DNA from: Halarcobacter sp.
GTDB taxonomy: Bacteria; Campylobacterota; Campylobacteria; Campylobacterales; Arcobacteraceae
DNA length: 64,000 bases
Assembly (NCBI GenBank): GCA_048571215.1
Contig: CP182352.1
Location: forward strand, 3,328,001-3,392,000
Direction of reading: 5' to 3'
Both the position numbers and the translations under genes were made by a program. Positions within the stretch are counted from its first letter, which is position 1. Every line of letters begins with the position of its first letter. The notes beneath the pieces are model-generated. The model did not search any database and was not told the origin of the DNA. It saw only the letters and a list, made by a program, of their open reading frames with translations. Below are positions 20,456 through 29,288 of the stretch, piece by piece.

Positions 20456-21571
20456 TTAGTTATTTCTAACATATTTTGCATATTTAAGTAAGGCACCTAA
20501 TCTATATAATAGGTGTACAAATTTACAATATGGCATAATCAAAAAGAAAGCTAAAACAAAACCTAAGTGAATACATAACAAAGATGGCATCCATGCCCCA
20601 TCTCTAAGCACTAATAGCAATAAACCTGTTATATTAACCAAGGCTAACATTGCAATAAATGAATAATCCATACCAAGAAGTTTTTGTGACATTGGAATTG
20701 GATCTGCTTTGATTTTAATATATGTTAAACCAATACATCCTATTACCATTAAAATACCACCTAATGTTCCTGTTATAACAACTAATGAATTAAAATCATA
20801 TGGAGCTTGTAGACCTAAAAAGTGGTGATAAATAGCTGCCAGCGTTGTAGAGATTAGTGTTAAGATAAATCCATACATAACTGCATGATGAAACCATTTT
20901 CTAGAGTGTCCAAATCTATCATCCATATGATTGCACCCATGACCATTATCTCCCCCATCAAGGTGTTTTAATGTAGCAGCTGCACCCATTGCATATTTCC
21001 AAAGAGATAAATCAGCTAATTCAGACATCTTATCCCCATTTTCAGTCCAAAATCTTCTAAAACCAACAATAAAAGCTACAATTACATGAAAGAAAATCAA
21101 AGCTGAAACTAAAGTCATTATTTCATATGGAATTACTTTAAAAAAAGATCCCTTCCCATCATAAGCTGTAAAAAGTGAATCTGCACTGTTAAAATATGCT
21201 CCTGCAATAAACAATAAACCTATACAAATTGCAATTAAAATACTTACAACTGTTCCATTTTTTGCAAATAATTTTCCTAAAATATTAGGAAATGCATATT
21301 GAATATATGAATCAACCCTTAACTCTGAAAATGTTTTTGGTATATTTAAATCAAATTCATGTGGGGGTGCATATTGACAACCATGGTAACAACCTTTACA
21401 GTTGTGACAAAGATTTGATAGATAATTTAATGTTGGCTTATCAAAGGTTCTATACTGTGTGATTTGGGGAAATACTGGACATAAAGTCTCACAATACCTA
21501 CAGGCATTGCATATCTCCATAGCTCTACTAGCATCTTTTAATCTTAATATACTATTTTCATTACTAAACAT
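20456..21571 (-). CDS. tcuB: Tricarballylate utilisation 4Fe-4S membrane protein
   Basis: ICNACRYCETLCPVF, LCHNCKGCYHGCQYAPPHEF, PYCKFVH; start moved to ATG 21571 (AAAGGAG RBS, overlaps the tcuA stop). Confidence 0.93.
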   Translation of the reverse strand: MFSNENSILRLKDASRAMEICNACRYCETLCPVFPQITQYRTFDKPTLNYLSNLCHNCKGCYHGCQYAPPHEFDLNIPKTFSELRVDSYIQYAFPNILGKLFAKNGTVVSILIAICIGLLFIAGAYFNSADSLFTAYDGKGSFFKVIPYEIMTLVSALIFFHVIVAFIVGFRRFWTENGDKMSELADLSLWKYAMGAAATLKHLDGGDNGHGCNHMDDRFGHSRKWFHHAVMYGFILTLISTTLAAIYHHFLGLQAPYDFNSLVVITGTLGGILMVIGCIGLTYIKIKADPIPMSQKLLGMDYSFIAMLALVNITGLLLLVLRDGAWMPSLLCIHLGFVLAFFLIMPYCKFVHLLYRLGALLKYAKYVRNN

Positions 21572-22937
21572 TTGCTGCTCCTTTACCTGCAATTCTTCCA
21601 AAAACTCCACCAATAGTCATACCTATACCTGCAAGATATCCTTGGCTTAAAATATTTCCTGCAACCATTTCTCCTGTTGCAAATAAGTTTGTCATTGGTT
21701 TCCCATCTTCCAAATATACCCTTGCATCTTTATCTATTTTTACACCAAGATAAGTAAAAGTAACACCTGGTCTTAGGGTATAACCATAATATGGAGGAGT
21801 ATCAATTCTTCTAGCCCAATGGGTTTTATTTACTTCTAATCCTTCTGTTTTACAATTATCAAGTTTAGCAAGATCAAACTCTCCATCAACAACTGCACTA
21901 TTAAACTCATCTACTGTTTTGATAACTTGTTCTATTGGTAAATCTAGTTTTTTGGCTAATTCTTCTAATGTGTCTGCTTTAGTTGGCTCAAATACAGAAG
22001 GCATAAACAGATCAAAACTTTTACTATCAATAATTACATGTCCTACTTGATTTGGTTGAGATGCAACTAATCTTCCCCAAATTGCATATCTTTTAGGCCA
22101 AAAATCTTCACCCTCATCATAAAATCTATTTCCCTTTTCATTTAAAACAATACCAAAAGGAACACAGTCAAGTCTGGTTACAATCCCACCATCATATAAT
22201 GGCGCTCTTCCATCAACAGCAACAGCATGACCTTGTTCCTCTTTTCCTACTCTTTGAACCCCTTGAGTCAAAAGTGATTTTAGAACTTTTCCTTGATTAA
22301 ATTGAGTTCCTCTAATTAAAAAGTTTTTAGAGTGTTCTCCCCAAGCTTCTCTAAGCCATTCTCTATTTGACTCAAAACCACCACTTGCAGCTACATATGC
22401 ATCTGCTTTAAATTTTTCTATTTCACCATTTGGTAGTTTTACTTCTAAAAACTCAACTTCATTATTAAGTAGTTTTACATTTAAAACTTCATGCTCATAT
22501 AAAACTTTAACCCCTAAATCTTCCGCGATTTGATACTCTCTATTAACTAAAGTTTTTCCACCACCTAAAAAGAAAGCATTTGTTCTTGATAAACTTAGTG
22601 TTCCTTTTAAACTTGGTTGAAAATTGATACCAAGATTTTCCATCCAATAATATAAATCAACAGAACTTTTTATAGTCAAAGTTGCTAACTCTTCATTGGT
22701 TTCACCTTTTGTTACTTTAAGTAGATCTTCATAATATTCTTCAAAAGGGTAACTTTCAACTAGTGTTTTAGTTGGTTTAGGATGGTGAGTTCTCATATTT
22801 CTTGTATGTTGAGAATTCCCCCCTCTCCACTCTTTAGGTGAAGATTCAAGTATAGTTACCTTTGCTCCATGTTGGGCTGCTGATATGGCTGCACACAATG
22901 CAGCATTACCACCACCAATTACTATGACTTTTTTCAT
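21564..22937 (-). CDS. tcuA: FAD-dependent tricarballylate dehydrogenase
   Basis: VIGGGNAALCAA, RGGNSQHTRN, LSRTNAFFLGGGK, DEGEDFWPKRYAIWG. Confidence 0.95.
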   Translation of the reverse strand: MKKVIVIGGGNAALCAAISAAQHGAKVTILESSPKEWRGGNSQHTRNMRTHHPKPTKTLVESYPFEEYYEDLLKVTKGETNEELATLTIKSSVDLYYWMENLGINFQPSLKGTLSLSRTNAFFLGGGKTLVNREYQIAEDLGVKVLYEHEVLNVKLLNNEVEFLEVKLPNGEIEKFKADAYVAASGGFESNREWLREAWGEHSKNFLIRGTQFNQGKVLKSLLTQGVQRVGKEEQGHAVAVDGRAPLYDGGIVTRLDCVPFGIVLNEKGNRFYDEGEDFWPKRYAIWGRLVASQPNQVGHVIIDSKSFDLFMPSVFEPTKADTLEELAKKLDLPIEQVIKTVDEFNSAVVDGEFDLAKLDNCKTEGLEVNKTHWARRIDTPPYYGYTLRPGVTFTYLGVKIDKDARVYLEDGKPMTNLFATGEMVAGNILSQGYLAGIGMTIGGVFGRIAGKGAANV

Positions 22938-23051
22938 AGATATCTCCTTGAAAATTTTATAATGGAATTTTAGCCTAAAGCTATATATAAGTCAAATTCA
23001 TATATATTATGGATTGATAACTTTTTTGCATAAATAAAAGAGGGGGTAAAA

Positions 23052-23951
23052 ATGAAAATTACAATAGATGACTTGGAAGCTTTTATTACTATAGCAGATT
23101 TTGAGAGTTTTAATTTAGCAGCTAATGAGTTGGGAATTACTCAGCCAGCTTTATCAAGACGAATAAAAAAACTTGAAGATACTCTAGGTGCTAAACTTTT
23201 AGATAGAACAACAAGAAAAATAAGTGTTAGTATCGTTGGGGAAGAGTTTATTATAGAAGCTAGAAGAATGCTTGAAGAGTTTAACAAATCAATAGATGAT
23301 GTACAAGAGTTGATAAAAACAAGAACAGGTTCTATTTCATTGACTACAAATATGACAGTTGCTACTTCTATCTTACCAGATATTGTTTGTGATTTTAAGA
23401 ATACAAATCCAAATATTCGTTTAAGAATTAGTCAAGATTCTAGTCCAGAAGCTATAAAAAAAGTTTTAAGACGAGAGTGTGAATTTGCAATTGCACAATA
23501 TAGTCAAGATGACCCTAATATAGAATTTGAGCCCTTGATTAATGATAGTTTTGTAATGATTTGTAACAAAAATCATAAATTAGCAAAAAAGAAAAAAATA
23601 AATTGGAAAGATTTTGATTCCCATAACTTTTTAAAATTGGGTTCAAATAGTAGAACAATGAATATTTTAAAAAGTGAATTAGGTGAAAAAATTGATTACT
23701 TAAAAGGGGATATTGAGGTTGATCAATTTAGTGCTCTAATAGGATTAGTAGAAAAAAACTTAGGAGTCTCTGCAATACCATCTTTAGCAAAATTTAAAAG
23801 ACCTGAAAATGATATTATTACACGTGATATTGATAATCCAACTGTAACTAGAATGCTTGGAATAATTACCTACAAAGGTCGTTCTTTGTCCCCTGCTAGC
23901 AAAGTTTTTTGTGATTTAATAAAAGAAAAAATAAGAATTTTAGGACAATAA
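23052..23951 (+). CDS. LysR-family regulator divergent from tcuAB
   Basis: SFNLAANELGITQPALSRRIKKLE HTH, LLDRTTR. Confidence 0.92.
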   Translation: MKITIDDLEAFITIADFESFNLAANELGITQPALSRRIKKLEDTLGAKLLDRTTRKISVSIVGEEFIIEARRMLEEFNKSIDDVQELIKTRTGSISLTTNMTVATSILPDIVCDFKNTNPNIRLRISQDSSPEAIKKVLRRECEFAIAQYSQDDPNIEFEPLINDSFVMICNKNHKLAKKKKINWKDFDSHNFLKLGSNSRTMNILKSELGEKIDYLKGDIEVDQFSALIGLVEKNLGVSAIPSLAKFKRPENDIITRDIDNPTVTRMLGIITYKGRSLSPASKVFCDLIKEKIRILGQ

Positions 23952-23957
23952 AATATA

Positions 23958-23983
23958 AGGTAAAGTCAAAATAGACTTTACCT
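23958..23983. terminator. Bidirectional terminator between convergent LysR and tctC-like genes
   Basis: AGGTAAAGTC-aaaata-GACTTTACCT inverted repeat. Confidence 0.7.
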
Positions 23984-23990
23984 ATATTTA

Positions 23991-25070
23991 TTAGAATCTT
24001 ACATTATATTTTTTTGTAAGCCAATCTTTTACCCATTGTTTATCTTCTTTACGAATATTAGTTCCCATTTCTTTTAGTTTTTTAGCTTTTTCACCAACTG
24101 ATTGAGCATATAAACCTAAATTTTTTGTTTTTAGTCTTCTAAAATTATCATTAGCTAAGACTTTTTTTACTGCATTTTGATATGTTTCTAATACATCTTT
24201 TGAAACACCTTTAGGAAGAAAGATCATTTTTTGAGCAGAAAAACCAGCTATAAAAAAACTTTTCCATGCTCTAAAAGCTTTATCTCCTGAAGGTTTTTTA
24301 CCATAAAATGCTTCATATACTTCACCAAAATGTGGCAGTTGAGGGAAAGTTGGATCTCTTTGCAAGTTACCATTTTCATCAATAACTCCCCAAGAAAAAA
24401 GTGGAATAATATTTCCATTTTTTATGGTTGGTATTACATTTTTAATATATGAAGTACTAGTTTGATAATCTATTGTAGTTTCCCCTCTTAAAAATGCTAA
24501 TCTACCTGATTTTCTCCCCTTCATACCAAAAATTGGTTCCACGTCTAAACCTAAAATATCAAAAGCTAAAAGTGGAATTAAATCTAAAGATGTTGCCCCT
24601 TGAGAACCAAACTTTAATGTTTTTTTCAAGTTTTTTAAATCTTCAATATTTTTAACTCCAAGGCTTGATGGAATATAAACCACTCCTCCCGTAGGTGAAC
24701 CAAGAACAACTTCCCAATCATTATAATCATATCTTACTCTTTTATCATCAAGTAAATATGGAAATTGAGTAGAACCAGATGAACCAAAAATAGTTAAACC
24801 ATCTTTAGTTGCTCTTTGTGCAAAAAAGTTAGCACCTTTTGTTGAACCACCCCCTGGCATATTTTTTATAACAACTACAGGCTTACCTGGTAAAGCTTGT
24901 GATAGTAAAGGAGCATAAAATCTTCCCCATTTATCTGTTCCACCACCTGCTTTAAATGGCATTATCCATTCAATAGTTTTCCCCTCAAAACTAACCTCTT
25001 TTGCACTAACTATATTTAGTAGCATCCCCACAGCTAATCCTGATTTTATTAATGATTTAATAAATTTCAT
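23991..25070 (-). CDS. Tripartite tricarboxylate transporter substrate-binding protein (TctC-like)
   Basis: Signal peptide from ATG 25070 (AAGGAG RBS); FEGKTIEWIMPFKAGGGTD, NMPGGGS, DGLT. Confidence 0.85.
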   Translation of the reverse strand: MKFIKSLIKSGLAVGMLLNIVSAKEVSFEGKTIEWIMPFKAGGGTDKWGRFYAPLLSQALPGKPVVVIKNMPGGGSTKGANFFAQRATKDGLTIFGSSGSTQFPYLLDDKRVRYDYNDWEVVLGSPTGGVVYIPSSLGVKNIEDLKNLKKTLKFGSQGATSLDLIPLLAFDILGLDVEPIFGMKGRKSGRLAFLRGETTIDYQTSTSYIKNVIPTIKNGNIIPLFSWGVIDENGNLQRDPTFPQLPHFGEVYEAFYGKKPSGDKAFRAWKSFFIAGFSAQKMIFLPKGVSKDVLETYQNAVKKVLANDNFRRLKTKNLGLYAQSVGEKAKKLKEMGTNIRKEDKQWVKDWLTKKYNVRF

Positions 25071-25098
25071 TTCTCTCTCCTTATTTAGTTTCAAAAGA

Positions 25099-25131
25099 AG
25101 ATTAACATTGAATTCTGTCATGAAACTTGCA
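25099..25131 (-). promoter_or_regulatory. Shared box plus extended -10 for the tctC-like gene
   Basis: Minus strand TGCAAGtttcaTGACAG (25131-25115), 10 bp, TAATCT. Confidence 0.72.
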
Positions 25132-25140
25132 TTTGCATAA

Positions 25141-25611
25141 TTATAAATTAATTCTATAACCTATACCTTGATAATTGGTTAAAATGTTTTGTGGAATCTT
25201 TTTCTTTAAATTTTTAATAAATAGTCTAACTGCATTGTTTGTTGTACTATCAGAGTCTTTCCATAAAAGATTAAGCATCTCATCATATGTGATTATATTC
25301 TTTTTCATAATTATATTTTTTAAAAATAGAGCTTCTCTATTAGTTAAGGTACGATTAGAGTTTTTACCTTTTATAACTGAATTGTTTTCATCAAAGTAAA
25401 AATCATTTGAAAGTTTATAAAGTTTTTTCTTGTTTAATAGTGAGATGAATATATCTAAATTATTTATTAGATCATCTTCATTTAATAGATTTTTTATCTC
25501 CACTTCAATTGAATCTGATTTATTATAGTCTTTTATACAGATATTATCATTATATTTTTCTTTTAAGAAAATGATTTTATCAATATCTACTTTTTTTACA
25601 ATTATTTTCAT
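25141..25611 (-). CDS. OmpR/PhoB-type winged-helix DNA-binding protein lacking a complete receiver domain
   Basis: LTNRE..LW..NAVRLFIKNLKKK..GIGYRI; short N-terminus. Confidence 0.75.
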   Translation of the reverse strand: MKIIVKKVDIDKIIFLKEKYNDNICIKDYNKSDSIEVEIKNLLNEDDLINNLDIFISLLNKKKLYKLSNDFYFDENNSVIKGKNSNRTLTNREALFLKNIIMKKNIITYDEMLNLLWKDSDSTTNNAVRLFIKNLKKKIPQNILTNYQGIGYRINL

Positions 25612-25639
25612 CTATATTTCTCCTTATAATATTTAAAGA

Positions 25640-25672
25640 AAAATAGCATTATTAACTTTCTTGAACCTTGCA
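25640..25672 (-). promoter_or_regulatory. Degenerate shared box plus -10 for the wHTH gene
   Basis: Minus strand TGCAAGgttcaAGAAAG (25672-25656), 10 bp, TATTTT preceded by TGn. Confidence 0.45.
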
Positions 25673-25709
25673 AAGATATAAAAAAATTGGCATTACATTT
25701 TTGTTAAGT

Positions 25710-25742
25710 TGCAAGTTTCATGCCAGAATCCAATGTTAGTAT
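25710..25742 (+). promoter_or_regulatory. Shared box plus extended -10 for the porin gene
   Basis: TGCAAGtttcaTGCCAG (25710-25726), 10 bp, TAGTAT preceded by TGn. Confidence 0.72.
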
Positions 25743-25773
25743 AAATTTGTCAAAATATAAGGAGAGTGAAATC

Positions 25774-26991
25774 ATGACAAAGATAATTAAAAGAAGTCTA
25801 ATTGCAACGCTTGCATTAGCATCGGTTTCTACATATTCTTTTGGAGCTGATTCTTTAGCTGAAGCTTTTACCAATGGTAAAATAAAAGGGGAAATTAAGT
25901 CATATTATTTTAATGAAGATTACGATTCTGCAAAATCTTCAAACAATGATATTTGGGTAAATGGTGCTAAGTTAAATTATGTAACAGATAGTTTTAATGG
26001 TTTTAAGTTAGGTTCTACATTTCAAACTTCTCATGTGGGAAGTATTGATGATCCTGCAAAAAAGCAAACTAAGACAATGGATGGATCTGGGTCTGTTTTA
26101 TCTGAAGCTTATTTAGAGTATAAATTTAGTAATACTAAATTTAAAGGTGGTAGACAATTTATATCTTTGCCTTTAATTAAAGGTTCTGGTTCAAGACTTA
26201 TTAAAGAGTCATTTGAAGGGTATTTCTTAACAAATACTGATATTCCTGATACTTTAGTATCTTTAGGGAAAGTTACAAAATATCAGACAAGAACAGATGG
26301 TGTTACAAAAACTACAAATGCAGCTTCTTTTACTAATACAAATGTAAATGCAGGTGATGTTGGTGGATTTAATAAAATTGGAACAGATGGAGCAGTTTCA
26401 TTATATATTAAAAACAATTCAATAAAAAATTTACCAATTCAAGTTCATTATGTTGATTTTATTGATGAGGTAAAGGATTTATATCTTGATGCAACATATA
26501 AGTTTGGGGGAGAATATAAACCATTTATTGCAGCACAATATTATAATTCAAATTATGATTCATCATCTACTAATGATAGTTCAATGGTAGGATATAAAAT
26601 AGGTGCAACACTTTTTGGTATTAATTTTCATACATCTTATACATCAACTGATGATAAAGGTAATGTAACAAGAGGTATAGGTGAAGCTGCAACTGCAGCA
26701 TTTACATCTTCATCATCTACTACGGGTAACTATACAGCAGGAACAGATAGCTGGCAAATAGGAGCAAAAAAGAAATTTGGAAATCTTTCTACTAAATTAA
26801 CCTATACTAATAGTAACGCTATATTAGAAAAAAATGATTTAAAACAAACATATCTTGGTTTAAAGTATAAATTTTCAGGTGCATTTAAAAACTTAGCAGT
26901 ATCAGCAGAATATACAATATATGATTATGGTACGGGAAATAACTCTAAAGATAAAAATGAATTAAGAACAAAATTGATTTATTCATTTTAA
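25774..26991 (+). CDS. OprD-family outer membrane porin
   Basis: Start ATG 25774 after AAGGAG; signal peptide, LAEAFTNGKIKGEIK, LSEAYLEY, KGGRQ, C-terminal ELRTKLIYSF. Confidence 0.85.
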   Translation: MTKIIKRSLIATLALASVSTYSFGADSLAEAFTNGKIKGEIKSYYFNEDYDSAKSSNNDIWVNGAKLNYVTDSFNGFKLGSTFQTSHVGSIDDPAKKQTKTMDGSGSVLSEAYLEYKFSNTKFKGGRQFISLPLIKGSGSRLIKESFEGYFLTNTDIPDTLVSLGKVTKYQTRTDGVTKTTNAASFTNTNVNAGDVGGFNKIGTDGAVSLYIKNNSIKNLPIQVHYVDFIDEVKDLYLDATYKFGGEYKPFIAAQYYNSNYDSSSTNDSSMVGYKIGATLFGINFHTSYTSTDDKGNVTRGIGEAATAAFTSSSSTTGNYTAGTDSWQIGAKKKFGNLSTKLTYTNSNAILEKNDLKQTYLGLKYKFSGAFKNLAVSAEYTIYDYGTGNNSKDKNELRTKLIYSF

Positions 26992-27031
26992 AAATAGATT
27001 TACGAAATTAGCGCGAACTTACAAAGAGACT

Positions 27032-27538
27032 TTAATGTCTCTTTGGTACATTAATAGTATTTAATTTTTCAGAAGATATAAGAACTCCATCTTCATCAGC
27101 ATATATAAAATCACCCTCTTTAAAACAAATATTACTAAAATTTAGCTCTATACCTTTTTGTGAAGAAGTTTCTTCAAAATTTCGTAAGGGGCAAGTTCCA
27201 ATTGCATATAAGCCAATATTGATCTTTTTTGTTTCTGCAATATCTCTAACATAGCCATTTATAATTAATGCTTGATAGTTATTTTTCTCTGCATAAGAAG
27301 ATAAGATATCTCCAACAATTCCAAAATAAGCTTTTTCCACATCAACTACTACTATTTTATTGTTTCCAGGAGTATTTTTTAACAAATCTATTAAAGCCCA
27401 ATTGCTTTTTTCTAGTTTGATAGTAGTGATCTGTCCCCAAAAACCTTTTTTACCACCATAAGATTTGAAATCTGGAGGTAATACTTGGATTTTTTTGTCT
27501 GGATTCATATCACATAAATCAGCTGTTTTATAGTACAC
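27032..27538 (-). CDS. RraA/MenG-family protein (HMG aldolase / oxaloacetate decarboxylase-like)
   Basis: TADLCD, VVVD..GD, INGYVRD, GDFIYADEDGV; likely GTG start at 27538 after AAAGGA. Confidence 0.85.
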   Translation of the reverse strand: MYYKTADLCDMNPDKKIQVLPPDFKSYGGKKGFWGQITTIKLEKSNWALIDLLKNTPGNNKIVVVDVEKAYFGIVGDILSSYAEKNNYQALIINGYVRDIAETKKINIGLYAIGTCPLRNFEETSSQKGIELNFSNICFKEGDFIYADEDGVLISSEKLNTINVPKRH

Positions 27539-27562
27539 ATCTAGTCCTTTAATTTTTTTGCA

Positions 27563-27595
27563 ATAATACATAATGTGTCTGTCACTAAACTTGCA
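27563..27595 (-). promoter_or_regulatory. Shared box plus -10 for the RraA-family gene
   Basis: Minus strand TGCAAGtttagTGACAG (27595-27579), 10 bp, TATTAT. Confidence 0.7.
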
Positions 27596-27664
27596 TTTTT
27601 AATCTTGAGACCTAGATATAGTAGCTATTGGTTTAAAAAGTTTTTATGTAGTTTTAATATAAGG

Positions 27665-27709
27665 TAAAAGTATCTAGAAAAATCTAGATACTTTATATTA
27701 GATTTGATA
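27665..27709. repeat. Right copy of the 45-bp direct repeat (3' end and terminator of the ADP-ribosylglycohydrolase gene)
   Basis: 44/45 identical to 11133-11177. Confidence 0.9.
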
Positions 27710-28763
27710 ATTTAGTGGATAAACTTAATAACTCCTCTTTTTCATTTAATCCATCAACAAATCTTTTTGGGATATTTTCAAAGCCAACTTGTGCACCTAT
27801 AAGTGCTCCTGTTAAAATAGCTCTTGCTTGATTTTGCCCACCACCATTTATTGCATGTAAAATTCCACTTTCAAAATCATCTTTAAATCTAGCAGATAGA
27901 TAATAACTAGCAGGTAGTATATGGTAAATAGCACATGGCATTCCATACACTAAAGAAACTTTCCATGCAGGTTCTATTTTAATATCAGGATCACTAGCTG
28001 CTTGTGCCATAAAAGAGGGTGAAAGTAGGGCATCAGGAGATGCAAAAAGCCCTATATTTGAAGGATCTTTGCTTCCTGGTTTTGGAGGATTTAATCCATC
28101 TGTGGTAACTGCATGAAAGGGTAACTCTTTATCTTTTACTAGTTTCATTAGTTTGTTTGAGATTCTCTTATCTAGCTTTTCACCTTGAATAAGTTGAGCT
28201 AAAACAGCTCCATATGCTACGGTCATGGAACCAATTATATCATCAACTTGAGTTAAAAAAGTATTATGAGAAATTGATTTTGCAAGATTTTTTGGCTCAT
28301 ACGCATATCTTACAGCTAATGCTAAAGTACGCTCTATAGCTTCTGTTGTATCTGCTCTACTTCCCACTTCATCCCAAGAAAGTTTTTGTTCTACTCTTTG
28401 TCTATAAACTTCTCTAATAGATTGGGAAGTATAACCTCCTGGTCCATTCATTGGATTCCCATCAATCTTTGTAAAAAGTTCTTCATCTAGTTTTTTACAA
28501 AAATCCTCTTGATTATATCCTTTGTTATCAAGAATCGAATTAATCATAAGTTTTAAAATAAACCCAGCTTGTGAAAGATTACCAGCTTTTTCATTTTCGT
28601 GGTATCTTCCTTCTTTTGGCGTTGTATAATCTGTAATCCATGTTCCATAATCTTTATGTTGTTGTTTAAGATCATAATACCAATGACATCCAAGAGCAAG
28701 TGCATCACCTATAAATGCCCCCATTATAGCTCCCCTAGCTCTATCTTGTTTTGAAATACTCAT
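27693..28763 (-). CDS. ADP-ribosylglycohydrolase (DraG/ARH) family protein
   Basis: GAIMGAFIGDALA, AINGGGQNQARAILTGALIGA..G..IP; start ATG 28763 with AAGGAG. Confidence 0.85.
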   Translation of the reverse strand: MSISKQDRARGAIMGAFIGDALALGCHWYYDLKQQHKDYGTWITDYTTPKEGRYHENEKAGNLSQAGFILKLMINSILDNKGYNQEDFCKKLDEELFTKIDGNPMNGPGGYTSQSIREVYRQRVEQKLSWDEVGSRADTTEAIERTLALAVRYAYEPKNLAKSISHNTFLTQVDDIIGSMTVAYGAVLAQLIQGEKLDKRISNKLMKLVKDKELPFHAVTTDGLNPPKPGSKDPSNIGLFASPDALLSPSFMAQAASDPDIKIEPAWKVSLVYGMPCAIYHILPASYYLSARFKDDFESGILHAINGGGQNQARAILTGALIGAQVGFENIPKRFVDGLNEKEELLSLSTKLSNLI

Positions 28764-28871
28764 ATGGACTCCTTTTTTTGATTGTATCACTCTTAATATT
28801 AATGTCAAGTCAAAAATTTAATTATTGTTTTTTTTCTTTTAGTTATAATACAAAAAAAATAAAGGCATTTT

Positions 28872-29270
28872 GTGGAAATTGAAATATCAACACCAGCACT
28901 ATTATTCCCAGCTATTTCTCTACTTCTTTTAGCATATACAAATAGATTTTTAACAACAGGGCAACTTATTCGGTCCCTTAGTAGACAATCAAGAGAACAT
29001 GCAGATCAAGAGCTTAGCGGACAGATTGCAAATCTAAAAAGAAGATTAGAGCTAACAAAATGGATGCAGTTTTTTGGAGTGGTATCTATGTTGTTGTGTA
29101 CCATTTCTATGTTTTCACTTTTTTTAGGATTTTATGATGTTGGTAAAAAAATATTTGGATTGAGTTTACTTGCTATGTGTTTATCTTTATGTATCTCTTT
29201 ATGGGAAGTTTATATCTCATCAAATGCATTAAACCTAGAATTAAAAGATTTAGATCAGAAGTTTAAATAA
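28872..29270 (+). CDS. DUF2721-family membrane protein
   Basis: TPALLFPAISLLLLAYTNRF signature. Confidence 0.8.
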   Translation: MEIEISTPALLFPAISLLLLAYTNRFLTTGQLIRSLSRQSREHADQELSGQIANLKRRLELTKWMQFFGVVSMLLCTISMFSLFLGFYDVGKKIFGLSLLAMCLSLCISLWEVYISSNALNLELKDLDQKFK

Positions 29271-29288
29271 AAGTTTGTACCTGAACTT

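Noticed and set aside
27693..28763. ADP-ribosylation toxin-antitoxin or defence module
   Set aside because: No ADP-ribosyltransferase partner is adjacent; the gene lies among backbone genes
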